Source: Phoronis australis
Taxonomy: Eukaryota; Animalia; Phoronida
Direction: 5' to 3'
Length of the DNA: 64,000 bases
Assembly (NCBI GenBank): GCA_002633005.1
Contig: NMRA01000069.1
Location: 673,740 to 737,739 of the forward strand
In this document: piece by piece, positions 40,301 to 52,500 of the stretch
Position numbering within the stretch: position 1 is the stretch's first letter
Layout of the letters: the number at the start of each line of letters is the position of its first letter
The notes under the pieces: generated by a model
What the model was told of the DNA's origin: nothing
Database searches by the model: none
What the model saw: the letters and a program-made list of their open reading frames with translations, nothing else
Program-made: the position numbers and the translations under genes

Positions 40301-42818
40301 GATTACTACAAAATGTGAACAAAACAATGGCATTGAGAGATGTCGTGGCATCTGACGTAAAAGATAGAGTTGTGTTTCAAAAAATTAATTATGAATTACT
40401 CTTTTACTTTATTTTTACCAAGATAGCCATATTCTGACTCTTTTAAGGTCAAAAATGGTTTCAGGATCTTAACTGGGTTTTTTGGATTATAATGCTGGGT
40501 AGGAGATTGACTTTGTAAAGTTATTAGGTTTGACCAGAACTGTAAAACTGCTGAATCCACTGCGTTCTTGTGATTTATTGGAAATTGCATGGCATTGGCT
40601 TCTTGTCACTTGGTAGAGTTACTAAAATTGATGGTCAATGACCTAACGCTTAAAACACCTGGCTACTTGCAACATTTGGAATTAGCATACCATCAAACTG
40701 CGACCATTGTGGCTGATCTAAAATACACATTATAGTCACAAACGTTTCACTTAACATCCATTGCTTTTATACAGTTCTCTGCAGTGACTGCAGAGCGCTA
40801 GCGGAATGCCTCGTCATGACGACTAGTGCAAGCAGAATTCACCATCATAGTACTGAGAATGACTTGTCGTGATGGGGAAATGGTAATTTTGTCTGATTAC
40901 CATTCTAGTTTAGAGTGTAACTGCAAAAAGATAGGCATACTCTGATTTTAATGCAGGAAAAACAAGTCGAAGCTTGCCCTTCAGACACTGCATGGCGTTG
41001 AGGCATTTCTGAGCATATCCCACAATCCTGAGCATATCATCACTGCATGTCAATGCATCAAGACTCTGCTGGAGGGTCCCTTGCTGCGAAAGGCCCGGAA
41101 AGGTAATTATTGACAAGATAAGACCCCTATTTTATCCTGTCATAGTCACTTACTTAAATGTCATCCATCCAATCATGGTAGATGTAACAATTGTAATGGT
41201 GTTGTGTTACCTGACTAATCAATTTTTGTTGTCGGACTTTCTCCAAGTTTTCCAAATCTAAGAGGTCGTTGTTCAAGAATGCCATAATCTTACAGGACCA
41301 CAACCACAAGGATGGTAACAAATTTAAGTAGTAAACTACTTGAAACTGTGCTTCTAACCACGTTGCTCGCTGGTACATATTATGAATAGTCCATCATCGC
41401 CAGGATTTTACCACAACCTGACTTCATGATTCACTTCCTTATTCCACTGTCACTTTATTCTTTGAGGGGGGATTAAGTTCCCTGATAAATGTGCTAGGTG
41501 TATTCTAGTAAAGCTGCCCCATTGTGTTGCTTAAGCAGGTTACACAATAAATGTTGGGACACCGTACAATGAATGGAAAGCAGTTGCATTGTGCATTATT
41601 TCTTTTTTTTGTTTTATCTAATTGATTTTTGCCACTCAAACAATGAAAAGGTTAAAATTTCAATGTCATACTTCGAGTTTTTATAGTCAAGAAAGATGTT
41701 ACCATGAACAGGCAGCCGTCATTACTGACACCCATTTCTCTTCCCTAATGCCCAAACAAAAGATGCCAGTCATGTAAGGCTCTGTGGTAAGACTGGCTAT
41801 CGTAATCCCAACTGGTACGGCCGTCCACAGCAATAGAACTTTCCTTTGTCCCGGAGATGAAAAAGCGTGTGACCTCGTTTTGGAAATCGGGCACATTTTT
41901 GTCTATCTCGTTGATGTCGGGAAGGTGAAGAATTTTGATCACGCATCTACAGATATTTTTCCAGTTTATCAATTTTTCTCATGTCGGAGTTGCAGCCCAC
42001 AGCACAGCATTAATACTTTTTTGGCATTGGAATGACGTTAATGAAACCGAGAAAAACTTGTAAAGAATCATACAACAACAAATAACATGTGAAACTCCAG
42101 TGGCATGAAAACGAGGCAGCAAATGCGGTGCCTGACAAATGTTTACAGCATTGTGGGTAAATACAGCAAGGTTCAAGTATCGCTATGTAATCGGGACGGC
42201 TCTAATGATGTGAGCACTGTAGTGACCCTGATGTCACTCAGTTATGGCACTTTGTTGATTCTGCTGCGTCAGTCAACTAATGATTGGGTCTGCCAGCCGA
42301 AAATCGTCATCCAGCATCTATCGGATATTTTAGTCGGTTGACACGTGGGAACAGGCAAAGTGAATTTAGCACAGCCACTCACATTCACATTATATGTTGA
42401 CCAACAATGTTTTTTGGTTGCGGTGTTGAAGCTATCTCGAAAAACATTCAAAGATAGTTGGATATATTGTGCCCTGACCCTTTGAGAACCAGTTTGATCT
42501 TCATTATTCAGAGGAGGAAACTGGTTCTCAAAATGCAGGATTGTTATATCTCAATATTACCAAGAATATAAATCCGTTACGACCTTAACTTGTCACATTT
42601 ATGTCTGTTACACGCTTAACTTGTCACTTTCATCTTCAGCGTCTTCTCTTTCATCCTGAATCAACTTGAATTTTTATTTCATGATAGATGAAGCTGTGGT
42701 CAGGAGTGTTCATCATAAGCTGTCTGCACTTCTTGCGTACAAGAAGTTGTCGTCAAAATGCCGCAAGAAACTGAAGGAACTGCGCAACTTGACGAGGATA
42801 TTCATCTCTGTTGAGTGA
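19254..42818 (+). CDS. Gene 1 (whole model, ~1357 aa): FHA-like / ARM-like / SILK-RVxF / acidic IDR / katanin con80-like uncharacterised protein
   Basis: 14 GT-AG exons join in frame with no stops (4074 nt): 19254-19332, 21257-21439, 21964-22100, 24841-24921, 25446-25547, 26565-26711, 27440-27646, 28985-29141, 30225-30396, 32090-32220, 34699-36890, 37197-37405, 40957-41102, 42688-42818. Confidence 0.85.
21257..21439 (+). CDS. Gene 1 exon 2 (FHA-like)
   Basis: LTESDELGY...LFEVLCQNGDHFLRLQNQDLPCLVSDTDVVPQVLVTLNH; AG / GTAAGT. Confidence 0.85.
21964..22100 (+). CDS. Gene 1 exon 3
   Basis: GDIIQIADRFIRYVGPDGSFRGLAPPKPRRSQFVDSGDDLNSCDDE; phase 1 to 0; weak donor GTTTTG. Confidence 0.8.
22400..24383 (+). 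mobile_element. Helentron/HINE (DINE-1/pearl-like) non-autonomous element, copy 1
   Basis: 5' subterminal repeat and hairpin (gcccacatatttatatgtggacgc), ccgt/gcgtccg microsatellite, about three ~450-bp internal units, 3' gtgggcgca plus short stem-loop plus ctcttgtt. Confidence 0.85.
24841..24921 (+). CDS. Gene 1 exon 4
   Basis: HIYEEMDDVADEALPDELFEQLQTAQQ; ttttag / GTATTG. Confidence 0.8.
25446..25547 (+). CDS. Gene 1 exon 5
   Basis: IGNLSSSYVSREILSHTDLKLSSAETKSIFKAFQ; tgcag / GTAACA. Confidence 0.8.
26565..26711 (+). CDS. Gene 1 exon 6
   Basis: ELALQNENLVMGFIKNFYQKL...PVIKLLADLLRFSL; ttcag / GTAAGT. Confidence 0.85.
27440..27646 (+). CDS. Gene 1 exon 7 (ARM-like)
   Basis: EPLSHNIMWLRLLSALSS...VQQYGCEMLANIASHTPQGKER. 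Confidence 0.85.
28985..29141 (+). CDS. Gene 1 exon 8 (ARM-like)
   Basis: APVRHTGIELIVTAIRNHGNNIDVLHPAFRCLANLAD...; cccag / GTAAGA. Confidence 0.85.
29396..29793. mobile_element. MITE family C, copy 1
   Basis: Imperfect TIR tagggctttctcggattaca / tgtaatccgggactgcctta; about 370 bp homologous to 41816-42204. Confidence 0.7.
30225..30396 (+). CDS. Gene 1 exon 9
   Basis: EFQSTVVLRNCNSLLNCLRKETLPVAESVLLRFRHDGAISKETKRLIGHL; cgcag / GTAAGC. Confidence 0.85.
30570..30688. repeat. 27-bp minisatellite (~4.5 copies)
   Basis: Unit atggcttgcatgatgcttgagtacata. Confidence 0.9.
31059..31448 (-). mobile_element. Solo LTR with heat-shock elements
   Basis: TG...CA ends, 5-bp TSD tgact/tcact, minus-strand TATAAATA (31267-31274) and nGAAn arrays upstream of it. 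Confidence 0.7.
31287..31412. promoter_or_regulatory. Cluster of heat-shock elements
   Basis: aTTCt-aGAAc-tTTCt-gGAAt (31315-31334, four perfect units); aGAAt-aTTCc-aGAAg (31364-31378); TTCtaGAA at 31288 and ~31405. Confidence 0.7.
32090..32220 (+). CDS. Gene 1 exon 10 (SILK + RVxF motifs)
   Basis: RKKIVPIVLESPFNERGLAGSILKKRAVNDKRKKSVQFTSSTQ. Confidence 0.85.
32488..34385 (+). mobile_element. HINE-like element, old diverged copy
   Basis: Same module order and ccccctagtggc subrepeats; heavily mutated. Confidence 0.7.
34699..36890 (+). CDS. Gene 1 exon 11 (2192-nt, acidic/Ser-rich disordered region)
   Basis: Largely coincides with the 700-aa ORF 34818-36920; ttcag acceptor; donor TTG|GTAAGT. 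Confidence 0.92.
37197..37405 (+). CDS. Gene 1 exon 12 (con80-like)
   Basis: VIDHMYRLWMRNEFTQAV...DIDPAVVIGVLSVVSK. Confidence 0.85.
37688..39107 (+). mobile_element. HINE-like element, copy 2
   Basis: Ends near-identical to 22400-24383; subTIRs tgcgcccac/gtgggcgca; hairpin caacgc-tct-gcgttg. Confidence 0.88.
39898..40020. repeat. 24-bp minisatellite (5 copies)
   Basis: Unit gtggggacggtatgccttcctgtt. Confidence 0.92.
40957..41102 (+). CDS. Gene 1 exon 13 (con80-like)
   Basis: KNKSKLALQTLHGVEAFLSISHNPEHIITACQCIKTLLEGPLLRKARK; phase 2 to 1. Confidence 0.8.
41816..42204. mobile_element. MITE family C, copy 2
   Basis: caatagaact..cctttgtcc.ggagat...gtgacctcgttttggaaat shared with 29419 onward. 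Confidence 0.7.
42688..42818 (+). CDS. Gene 1 terminal exon 14
   Basis: DEAVVRSVHHKLSALLAYKKLSSKCRKKLKELRNLTRIFISVE*, followed by an AT-rich UTR with AATAAA at 44005 and 44040. Confidence 0.8.
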
Positions 42819-44871
42819 GATGTGGGTTACATGTGAGAGGGGAGGATGGGCAGACTGTTGTAGGAGTTAGAATACTCACGCATGTAGTGTGTTGGGACTG
42901 GACAGTTTTACTGCTAATAATTGAAAAAGTTCGTCATAAGCAACTTTGATGTACTACATTGAAAAGGCGACAAGACGCGCTCCAGAAGCTTGTTTAGGGT
43001 GAAACGACAATATGAATGAGGATGGTCATATATTATGACTATGAGTAAAATGCAATACAGACTAATATCTATAGAGAATACGTAACAGGTTACACTGTAA
43101 AGATGAGTGACAATATGTCACAGATTAAAGAAAACTTGAAGCCATCTCATTTGGCTGAGACGAATTTGATTTGTCTGAATGTGGCAAATTTTTTACCTTC
43201 TTTGGTTTTAACAAAAAGTGTGGATTGAGCTCAAATATAGCTATTATAGCTAATTTTAGTTGACATGCAAATAATCTGGATTAATTATTGTGGGCAAAGG
43301 TTGTGCCTGTTGTATGCTTACTTGGAGGTTTAAAATTCCAAGTTAAATTAATGTATTTGACTTACAAATAATGTAGTGTATTGTGCAAATGGTTAAGTTG
43401 AATAACAACTAATTAATTTAAAGTCATGTCAAACTTGTAGTGCTCGGATGTTATTGTGTGAATTTGGTGAGGGGGAACTGCGATCTGTATGGAACGTTCT
43501 TAGAATTTTTAGATAATGCCAGCAAATTTAAATCAGTTTGTGTACGTAGGTAGCTTTTTTGATTTGTATTCGGACTTTATTTATTTCGTCATTCCTGTAT
43601 TTAGGGTTATTTGTTGCATTGTTTTTGATGTACGTAAATTTTGCGTCCTATCGCTTCAGTAATTTTACGTTTAATGCCATGTTGATTTTCTGTTGCAATA
43701 TTGGTTGTTGTTATTGGAAAATATACTGCAAACATTCCAACTCTGTTGGTTGAAATACGTTTTAAATTGTTAAAATTGTTTTAACGCCATGTTTACTGTG
43801 ATGTGGATTTGCTTGAACTGTGATGTGCTGATGAAATTTGTTGAGATTAAGCAAATATGCTTTCCCATTATTTTGTGATAGAACAAAGTGATAATATAAT
43901 ATTGTTAACCATGAAGGACAGTGGTTGGCTTCAGTGCTTTGTAATATGACATGATAACAATTGAAGTAAAATAATATGCAATATAAATATTTATTGAATG
44001 TATAAATAAATTGTTTCATAAACAGCAAACATATTTAGAAATAAAATTAATATAATATCTGCCATCAAATGGCTAAATCACTTTCTTTAACTGAAATTTT
44101 AACACACAGCAATGTGGAAATTAACAGTGTGGTTTAGTTGGTATGTGGGGAGTATTGAACTGGGCTGTATTCCATCGATGTGGAAACTTGCGAAAAATCA
44201 AAATGACGAGAGTGAAACACCAGTGATGCTCGAGTGTGCTTGGGACCTTACTTGCGAACCTTATTATCCACTGATGCGAGAGGTCAGTGAAGCTGAATGT
44301 TGCATTATGGGATACGATTTACACTTTCCGTACCAAAAGCAAGGATTTGTCAATGAGTTTTGCGATTGTCTTGTGTCTATGGAGTACAGCCCTGGTTTGG
44401 AAGAAGCTGACATGAGGAGGATGACTGAGTTGATGGGCGAAAGGACTATGTGGGGAAAGAAATTAACTGTTTTAAATTCATAGTCACAATCTCAATAACA
44501 GTAGAACCCACAGGATTACACGAGGGTAATGATTCCACAAAGCTACTATAAAATTCCATAAAGCTACTACAAGCCATTGCAAGCCCTGTGTCTTCTGTCA
44601 AAAATAACTTCTCATTTAGACCACTCAGATATCGGACTGGCACCAAATGGTTCCTTACTCAAAGTAGACGCATTTTCTGGATATGGAAATAAGTAAACAG
44701 TTCACTATTGCTTGTGACCATGCCCAATAATTTGATACGTTACGCTGTGCTGTTATATGCCAAGCATGGGTTTTCAGCAATTACGAGTTGCCATTTAATT
44801 CCTTCCAAGCCCACAAACCACGTATTGTCTAAGTGAGGAACAAAATTAATCAAGCTCAATTTTATAGTCTA

Positions 44872-45118
44872 GAGGGCCATTCCATAAAAACTGACTTGGC
44901 TAAGACAAATGTTAAATTTCAGTCAATTTTAAAATAAAACTTAAATTTGTCTCACGTCTGTTTCAAGAAAGAGATTTTAAAAGTTTGAGTTAAATTTTTT
45001 ACTTAAGTTTTGTCTTAATTTGAACTTGTCGGATGCAGAAACTCCAAAGTCTGGAAGTTGAGACAAATCTTAGGCTCGAGTCAAAATTGAACTTAAATTA
45101 GTTTCTTGGAAAGGCCCC
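44872..45118. mobile_element. Small MITE with 8-bp flanking duplication
   Basis: Imperfect TIR gggccattccataaaaact / agtttcttggaaaggcccc; atagtcta on both sides (44864-44871, 45119-45126). Confidence 0.65.
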
Positions 45119-46552
45119 ATAGTCTAAAACAAAAGATCACTTTCTTATGGAATGATGGTTCATAGCTCTTCAATGTTTGATTGAGACTTACTATTAAATC
45201 CCGTAATGATTTCTTGGGCTGGGAAGAACTGGAATGACCAATGACGAAAAAGAGGAAACTTTTCCATGTGGTGCATCGTTTGGTTCACATTGACAGCTAA
45301 CATATACCGCGTCCACAGAGAGGAGAAATGTCCTTGATACCAACAAGCCGCAACTAGATATTAGCACTGCAAATTCTCAACCAAAAATAATCTGGTATTT
45401 TTAAAAAGATCAATTAGGCAACTGTTTTCATGTACAACACAATTTACAGAAGTGACACAGCAAAATGCACCTCTCAGTGGATGTCGAATAATTTACCTTG
45501 CCATTTCACTTAAATGGCTTTAAATATGATTAAAACTAAATGGAACACGAAAGAGCTAGTAAACACTTCAGTCATGGAAGAATTACAAAAATGGCCTCGT
45601 TATTACTAATTAAAATTCCATAATAACAAAAAAATCGCTGCATAGTTTTACAATCTCACTTTAAAAAATAAACAACAAATTTAAAAGGTTGTCAAAAATT
45701 GAATACTGTACAAACCACTAAAAATCAACAGATTTACAAAACACTTCAGAGCAAAGTTACAGAAAGGAAATGTACAACTTGAGTAAGTTAACGTGCAAGA
45801 GTTGGTAACAATAAGTTCACAACAATCGCCATTTTCATAAAACCTTTTAGAAAGGGAATCAAGACAGATTAAAAACAAACGTGCAACACAACAGCTTCCC
45901 TATAAAATCCAAGAATCAAAGGACACCATTCTTGTTAAAGCCCCACAAATCACTAATAAGGTCAAACTTCAAAGCAAAGAAAACTAAATTAGCCGCATTG
46001 AGTACATCCAATTAAAGTAATCGCTGAACTTCATTCATTCTGCGACGCTGTGTGTGATTACAAACACTAACGCCCTCTATCAAGGATATGTTGGACCTTC
46101 ACAACATCATACGTTGGAAGTGACTATTCAGATTCGCATGATGCTAAGGTTCACCGTGCTAATGGCTGACTGATATAAAATTGAACATCAAATTCTAAAG
46201 GCTTACTACTTCCAGAAAATGTACAGTTTAACCGAATTTAAATCTATATTTTTGTAGATATTTGGCTAAATGTGGGTCTTGTCAATAAGGTCCTACATAA
46301 CCTTAAACACCACCAAAAAACTTTTTTCAAAGACGGTTGATGCATGGGGCTACAAAAAACAATCTGGAAGACAATCGAACAAGCAAAACCTTTCACCAGA
46401 CATAAACACATTGAGAAATTGTCACATACAACTAAATTCACGTTCAAGGAAGACGTTTTGGTAGAACATGGAGGACAACGTAGCGATCTGGAATAAGACC
46501 TTGTCTGCAAAATCACAGTCTGTGCTTGGTTGGCTAACGTGAGAACATCTCC

Positions 46553-46567
46553 TCATTCGCTCATACT
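46553..46567 (-). CDS. HBP1: HBP1 probable terminal exon (SMSE*)
   Basis: ttttgttttgcag acceptor, phase 0; too short to verify. Confidence 0.5.
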   Translation of the reverse strand, partial: SMSE

Positions 46568-49500
46568 CTGCAAAACAAAACGATAGATTATTCAGGCAGA
46601 ATTGGGAGACAGGACAACACACGAAATCGTAAATTTCTAGCAAGTTTGCAAACTTTTGCCTTGCTATTCAGATTGTTTTTTTCTCAAGGGCATGACATCC
46701 AGTGTCCACACAAATGAAAATGAGCCTGTTCACATGCTGGCGAAACTGCTGGTCAATAAGCGCTCATGTGAACGGCAACAACAGACAATTTGACTGCAGC
46801 TGCCTCTTATAAATGTACTGGCAAAGTTTTGTAATATACCTTCGCAAAGCAGAACATTTCTTCTCCAGTGAGTCTACGAACAGTTTGTTCAAACGCTAGC
46901 GAAACTTGCTCAGAAGGCGCTCATGTGAACGGTTGCAAGACAGCATCTTGGCTTTGTACAGTTTTGAACACCTAGTCGAAAACTTTTTAAGCTCAAATGT
47001 TTTCAAAATGATTTACAAATTATTTTTCTTTGGATTTCCCTCATGATGTTTACCACAACTCTAATAACGTCAGACATGTTAAGACAAAACTTTCCAACTT
47101 TTAAAAATTACTGTAGCTGATACTAATACTAAGCATGCTTGGCTGCTAAATAAATAGACAGTCTAAGAAGAGGGGTCACCACCTTAGGTTTAGGCTGGGG
47201 GGACTGCTATCAACAACCGAATTACGATCCATTTCATTAAGCAGATGGTCACCCTTGTTGTCCTTCAGATGTAGCCTTGTTGCCCCCTGTTGGACAAATT
47301 ATTTGCCAACTGCACAGCAACCACAGAGTTAATGACCCTTGCCTAGTGAGGTCACATGATATTCTGACATGTACAATATACTGAAACTATTCTCGACATA
47401 TCAGCTATAATAAGCAGAAAATAATCAAGGCTGAAGGATTTGTGATCAAAAACAGAAAGACCAAGCAGATAAAACAGGGATGTGGGCTGATATTTAACCC
47501 AAGACATGGCTGTATACAGTGTACTTACCCCAGAGGCAGATCGCTTTCTCTTCCAGCAGTCAGGGTGCATTCTCTTCTGTTTCTCTGCTAGACTTTTTGC
47601 TTCTAGTGAGAACGCTTTCCTCTCTTCGCTTCTCATCCGTTTCCATCGGTCACCAAGGAGAACGCTGATGGCTCTGGAAAATAGTCAAATACACGATGGT
47701 GTCACCAAACGGCGGAAAATGGTTTTCTGAACAGTGGCGTGCCTCATTCACAACCACGGATGCATTGCGCAATTTTCGTTTCTTGCGAGTTTGATGAGAT
47801 TGCGCAGCCAATGAAAAGTTTACTAGAGGGCATCAGCAAATTGGCCGCGACTGATTAGTAAAATACAATTTTTCTGTTCCAGGTCAAGATTTCTTACAGA
47901 TAGTGCCTTCCCCTATCTGCGTTCCCAAACGAAAAAAGAATTCAACTAAAGTTCATTATTGGTACAAGTATGAACTGAACAACGGTCATGAAATAACATT
48001 CATTTCTTGAGAAGCTCTTGATTATTTGTAGTAGGAGACCTTATTTCTTCACCCATTCATTCCGCATTCAATGTGGGTATGAGGAATTTTATGAATAAAT
48101 GTGAAACTTCTCATCGAAATGAACGTCAAGAAAATTTGACTCTGTACAGATGCGTGAAAATAGCAACTGAAAAAAATCTTGAAAAATAGCAAAAATTCTA
48201 CAACTTTTTGCACGAATAATTGTAAATATTTAACTGATGTACGTATGTATGTCATCCAAAAGCCACAATTTGGCAATTATATTTGCTTTAAATCAAGGGA
48301 AATTTTCTGTCCGCAGCATTAAAAAGATAAAAAGTCATAAGTTTGACAAATGAAATAAGTGAAATGTTAACACAGTCAACAGTCAAATAAAAAATCTTCA
48401 TTTCGACAAATTGGGTCCAAGTGAAATATCTGAAAAAACACCATTTACACTAAAAATAAAACTCATAATTTTGACACTTGTGCAAAGTGAAAAAAGTACC
48501 ACCGACATTTTTAAAATAAATTAGTTTTGTTCAAAATAAGAGGATATTACGATCAACACTAAGGCAAATTTAAAAATTGCAGTTTTATAAAATTAGATTT
48601 GTGCACAACAACTGAAAAGTAACGCCACCTGTTATCTTTCCCTGGATACTGTTGAGTGTACTCAACGCGGTGCTTTTTGGCAAACAGCATGAATGCATTC
48701 ATTGGTCTTTTGGCACGAATAGGCTCATTTTTAGTAGGACGCTTTTTATTTGGCGAAGTGGTGGGGCTTGAGTATGGACTGGACTTTGGGCTGAGCTCTT
48801 GGTCCCGACGAATCTGCAATTATAAAATGAATGTTACTTGGTACAAAACCATATTAAAGGGTATAGTGGCATTGCCCTAATTTGGAATAGTATCTGTTAT
48901 GAAGGTTATGAAAGACCCTAGAAAAATGTCCAAATTCATCCAATTTCAGAACATCATATCTCAGAAATTCATCTGAAACTTTCAGATGCTTAGTGCTTCC
49001 ATTAAGCATGGTTCTCCAAAACGCAGTCGTAAAACGTATAAGCGATATTAAAGCCTGTGTGAACACATAATGAGGCTATTACCTTTGCCATGTTGCTCAG
49101 AGCAAACACAGCCGAGGAGTCTTCCGGGGTGAAGTCAAAACTGCAAAAAAATGAAAAAGAAGATCGTATTCAAATTAAAGACCGGCCCAACGATTACACC
49201 CAACATGAAACTGATGACACTGACATGCATTCATAACATTAGAAAACAAAACATCATACTCGATCTACTCTCTTCCAGGATCAAAACTCCTTTGACTAGT
49301 TATTAGAAAGTAATTTAGCTGACGTAGCAGAGAAATAATTCGGATAAATTATTATTATGACATAACCAGATTGGATGACAATAATTATGTAGATGGGACA
49401 CTCGTTGGAAACAAAATACAAGAGCAACGCAGAGAGTTGAAATGCGCCCACAATTGCACCGTATACGGTATCCTTCTAGGGTTGTTTATTGGTACCATAA

Positions 49501-52500
49501 AGTGGCCAGTAGAGGGCATATATGTAGTATGTTGTACTTTGCAAAATGGAAAGGCATGGTCATTGTCTCCTCAATAGGCTAGGGGCAAAATGTGAGTGAT
49601 CTTCATAATACAAGCACATCCTATACATCAGTTGCTTAAAGCACCACAGAAACATAGAATTAAAAACAAATTTACCAACATACGAGATTAGCACAGCATT
49701 AGAATGCCAGAAACAAATTTCTACTTGGAAGTTTTCCTTCATAGTCACGAAGTAACACAAAGTATACACCTGAAGACCTATGAAAATACAGAGGTCAATG
49801 TAAAATACTAAAATTGCCACTAGAGGCATACCGGTAGTAAGAATCATCCTAAAGTCGTCATCGTCCATTGTCAACATCACATAAATACACATGCTAAATT
49901 TAGTAAAGATCCTGCAAACGGCTTGGGAGATACAGCCATGGGTGCAAAAAAAAACTGCCACTAGGAGGCGCCACAGTAATCAAAGTCATGGGAAATTCAG
50001 CGTCAACCATCCTCTTTATAGTAAGCACATGCATGCCAATTTTCACAATCATCCTTTGAGCGGTTTGGTTGATAGAGGGGTGGACGCAAAAATACAGACT
50101 CGAAAACATTAAAAATGGCCACTAGGTGGCGCAAACTACGTTGAATCCATCCGAAAACGGGTGGATAGCATCATCTCACTAATAAGTGCCTACATATTAA
50201 ATTTCATGAATATTCCATTAAGAACTTTTGAAGATACAAAGGTAAACGTAAAAGAATAAAATTGCCACTAGGGGGCACACTGGTAGTCGGATCCGTCCAA
50301 AAGTCGTCATCTTCTGTTGTTAACATCATATAAATGTACTTACACAATTTCGTAAAGATCCTGCGAACGGTTTAGGAGATACAGCCATAGGCACAAAAAA
50401 AAAAAAAAACTGCCACTAGGAGGCGCCACAGTAGTCAAAATCGTCAGAAAATCATCGTCAACCGTCCTCTACATGGTAAACATATACATGCCAATTTTCA
50501 CAATCATCCTTTGAGCGGTTTGGTTGATAGAGGGGTGAACGCACAAAAACAGACTCGAAAACACTAAAAATGGCCACTAGGTGGCGCAAACTATGTCGAA
50601 TCCATCTGAAAACGAAAGGATAGCGTCATCTCGCTAATAGGTGCCTACATACCAAATTTTATGAAAATCCGTTAAGGACTTTTAGAGATACAAAGGTAAG
50701 CATAAAAAACTAAAATTGCCACCAGGGAGCACACCGGTAGTCGGATCCATCTGAAAACTCGCACATGACATACCATTCATGAATGGAACATATGTGCCAA
50801 ATTTCATGAACGTATGTCAAAGGGTTTTGGAGATAAAGCAGCGGACGCCGGACGCCACCCGGACGGACGGAGATGACCGCATAATGCGTCTACATATAAA
50901 TATGTGGGCGCATAAAAAAGAAACGAGGACCATAATGACTGTATATATACTTCTGTCCAAACCACAGATTTCTTCTGCCACAAACCACATAGATCATTGT
51001 CACTAACAGCAATCTTTTCTTATAAACGCATTTCCTATTTTCTTTTCCACAAACTACTGAATGCATTTCTTTTCTGATGAATCACAGTTCTTTGCACTGT
51101 GGCATGAGGCCAGAGAAAGAATAAAATGACAGTCTTACAACTAGATCTGGGTATGAACACTTGTTAGGAAAGAACATTGTTTCTAAGAAAAATGAGTTGA
51201 TAAGAAGAGAGCCAGGCACAAAGCATGGGAAAAGATGTTGGTGAAAATGTCCATACAGTTCGAACAGACAGCAACTGACTACCCTGCCCTTATCATTGAA
51301 AAGGTTAATTGCGAACATTTTAAAAATGTCACATTTCCAACCGACCTTTTTAAGCTTTCAAACACATCTGTATTGAATGTAGCATCTGGGTGAGATGGTG
51401 GCAGACAGATGTCACTAACGTCTAACTCGCTACACGGTATCCCATAATGCTCCACTGTCTGACGTGGATGGAAAGATGACCAACCTATAAACGAAGGTAA
51501 AAATCATTGCGTGGCACAGAGAAATTTGACTTTCAACAAACTTTGGCCTCTCAGCTGGCAACATATTCCCTACCCCCAGTGGTCGCACAACCCTTACATC
51601 AGAGAAAATTAAACATTGATAAAAATTCTAGGATTAAGGTGGGTATGTAAAACACTGCAGTATGAACTGATAATGAACACTGGAATCAGATATGGAAACT
51701 GCACTTTTACAAGAAAATGCTAATTACCAAAACACAAGAGGCATCATTAAAAAACAAGAGCAAACACACAGATAATTAAATGTACCCACTGTGTGCATCA
51801 CATTTACCACAGATTATTACTAATTTAAAAATTCCCAATAAGTGAAGGAATGCATAATGTAAATGCAAAATAGCCTCCAGGGGGTGCATAGAGAGTCAGC
51901 AGACTCCTCAATAGGAATAGACCTGCCAAGCCCCTGCAAAAATTAAAGTGGGCAACACAATGGTAATAAGATAAATCCAAACGTAGTCATCTGTTGTCAC
52001 ATTCACAGAAATAAACTTGTCCAAATTTCACAAAGATCCTGGAGGAAGAAACCGCTGCAGGTTAGAAAAAAGCAAACTTAAGCACTAAGGGGCGCCACAG
52101 GAGTCAAAACTGTCCAAAAATCTTCAACCATGCTCTTCCCACAATTCTTAGAGTGGTTGACCCAATGGCGAGATGAATGGCAAAAAAGACTAATACATCG
52201 CCACTAGGAAGTGTACATTACGCCGAATCATCTACGAAAAGGTGTCATCGCCTTTAAGTTAGTAGAAACCAGTTTGCTAAATTTCATAAAAAGCCACCAA
52301 GGAACTCCAAAAACACAAAGGAAAACAAAAAAAAATTTGCCACCCCGGTGGGGGGCACAGCAGGAGTCAGACCTATCCAAACGTCGTCATCATCTGTTGA
52401 CACCTCCATACAAATACACTTGGCAAATTTAACAAAGATCCTGCAGTGGGTTTAGGAAATACAGATAAGGATGCAAAAAAAAAAAAAACTGCCACTAAAA

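Noticed and set aside
40775-40882. Exon-like segment with AG and GTAATT before gene 1 exon 13
   Set aside because: All phase-compatible frames hit a stop, and exon 12 joins 40957 directly in frame. A poison exon cannot be excluded.
44112-44483. 123-aa ORF between the convergent genes
   Set aside because: No recognisable motif; lies in the probable UTR or intergenic region.
46422-46643. 73-aa ORF as the HBP1 C-terminus
   Set aside because: The phase-0 junction reads SMSE* in a different frame.
23315-50112. Recurrent ORFs (23775/23974, 38565, 49560, 23663/38414/49891) with near-identical peptides
   Set aside because: They are translations of the non-coding HINE repeat copies, not a gene family.
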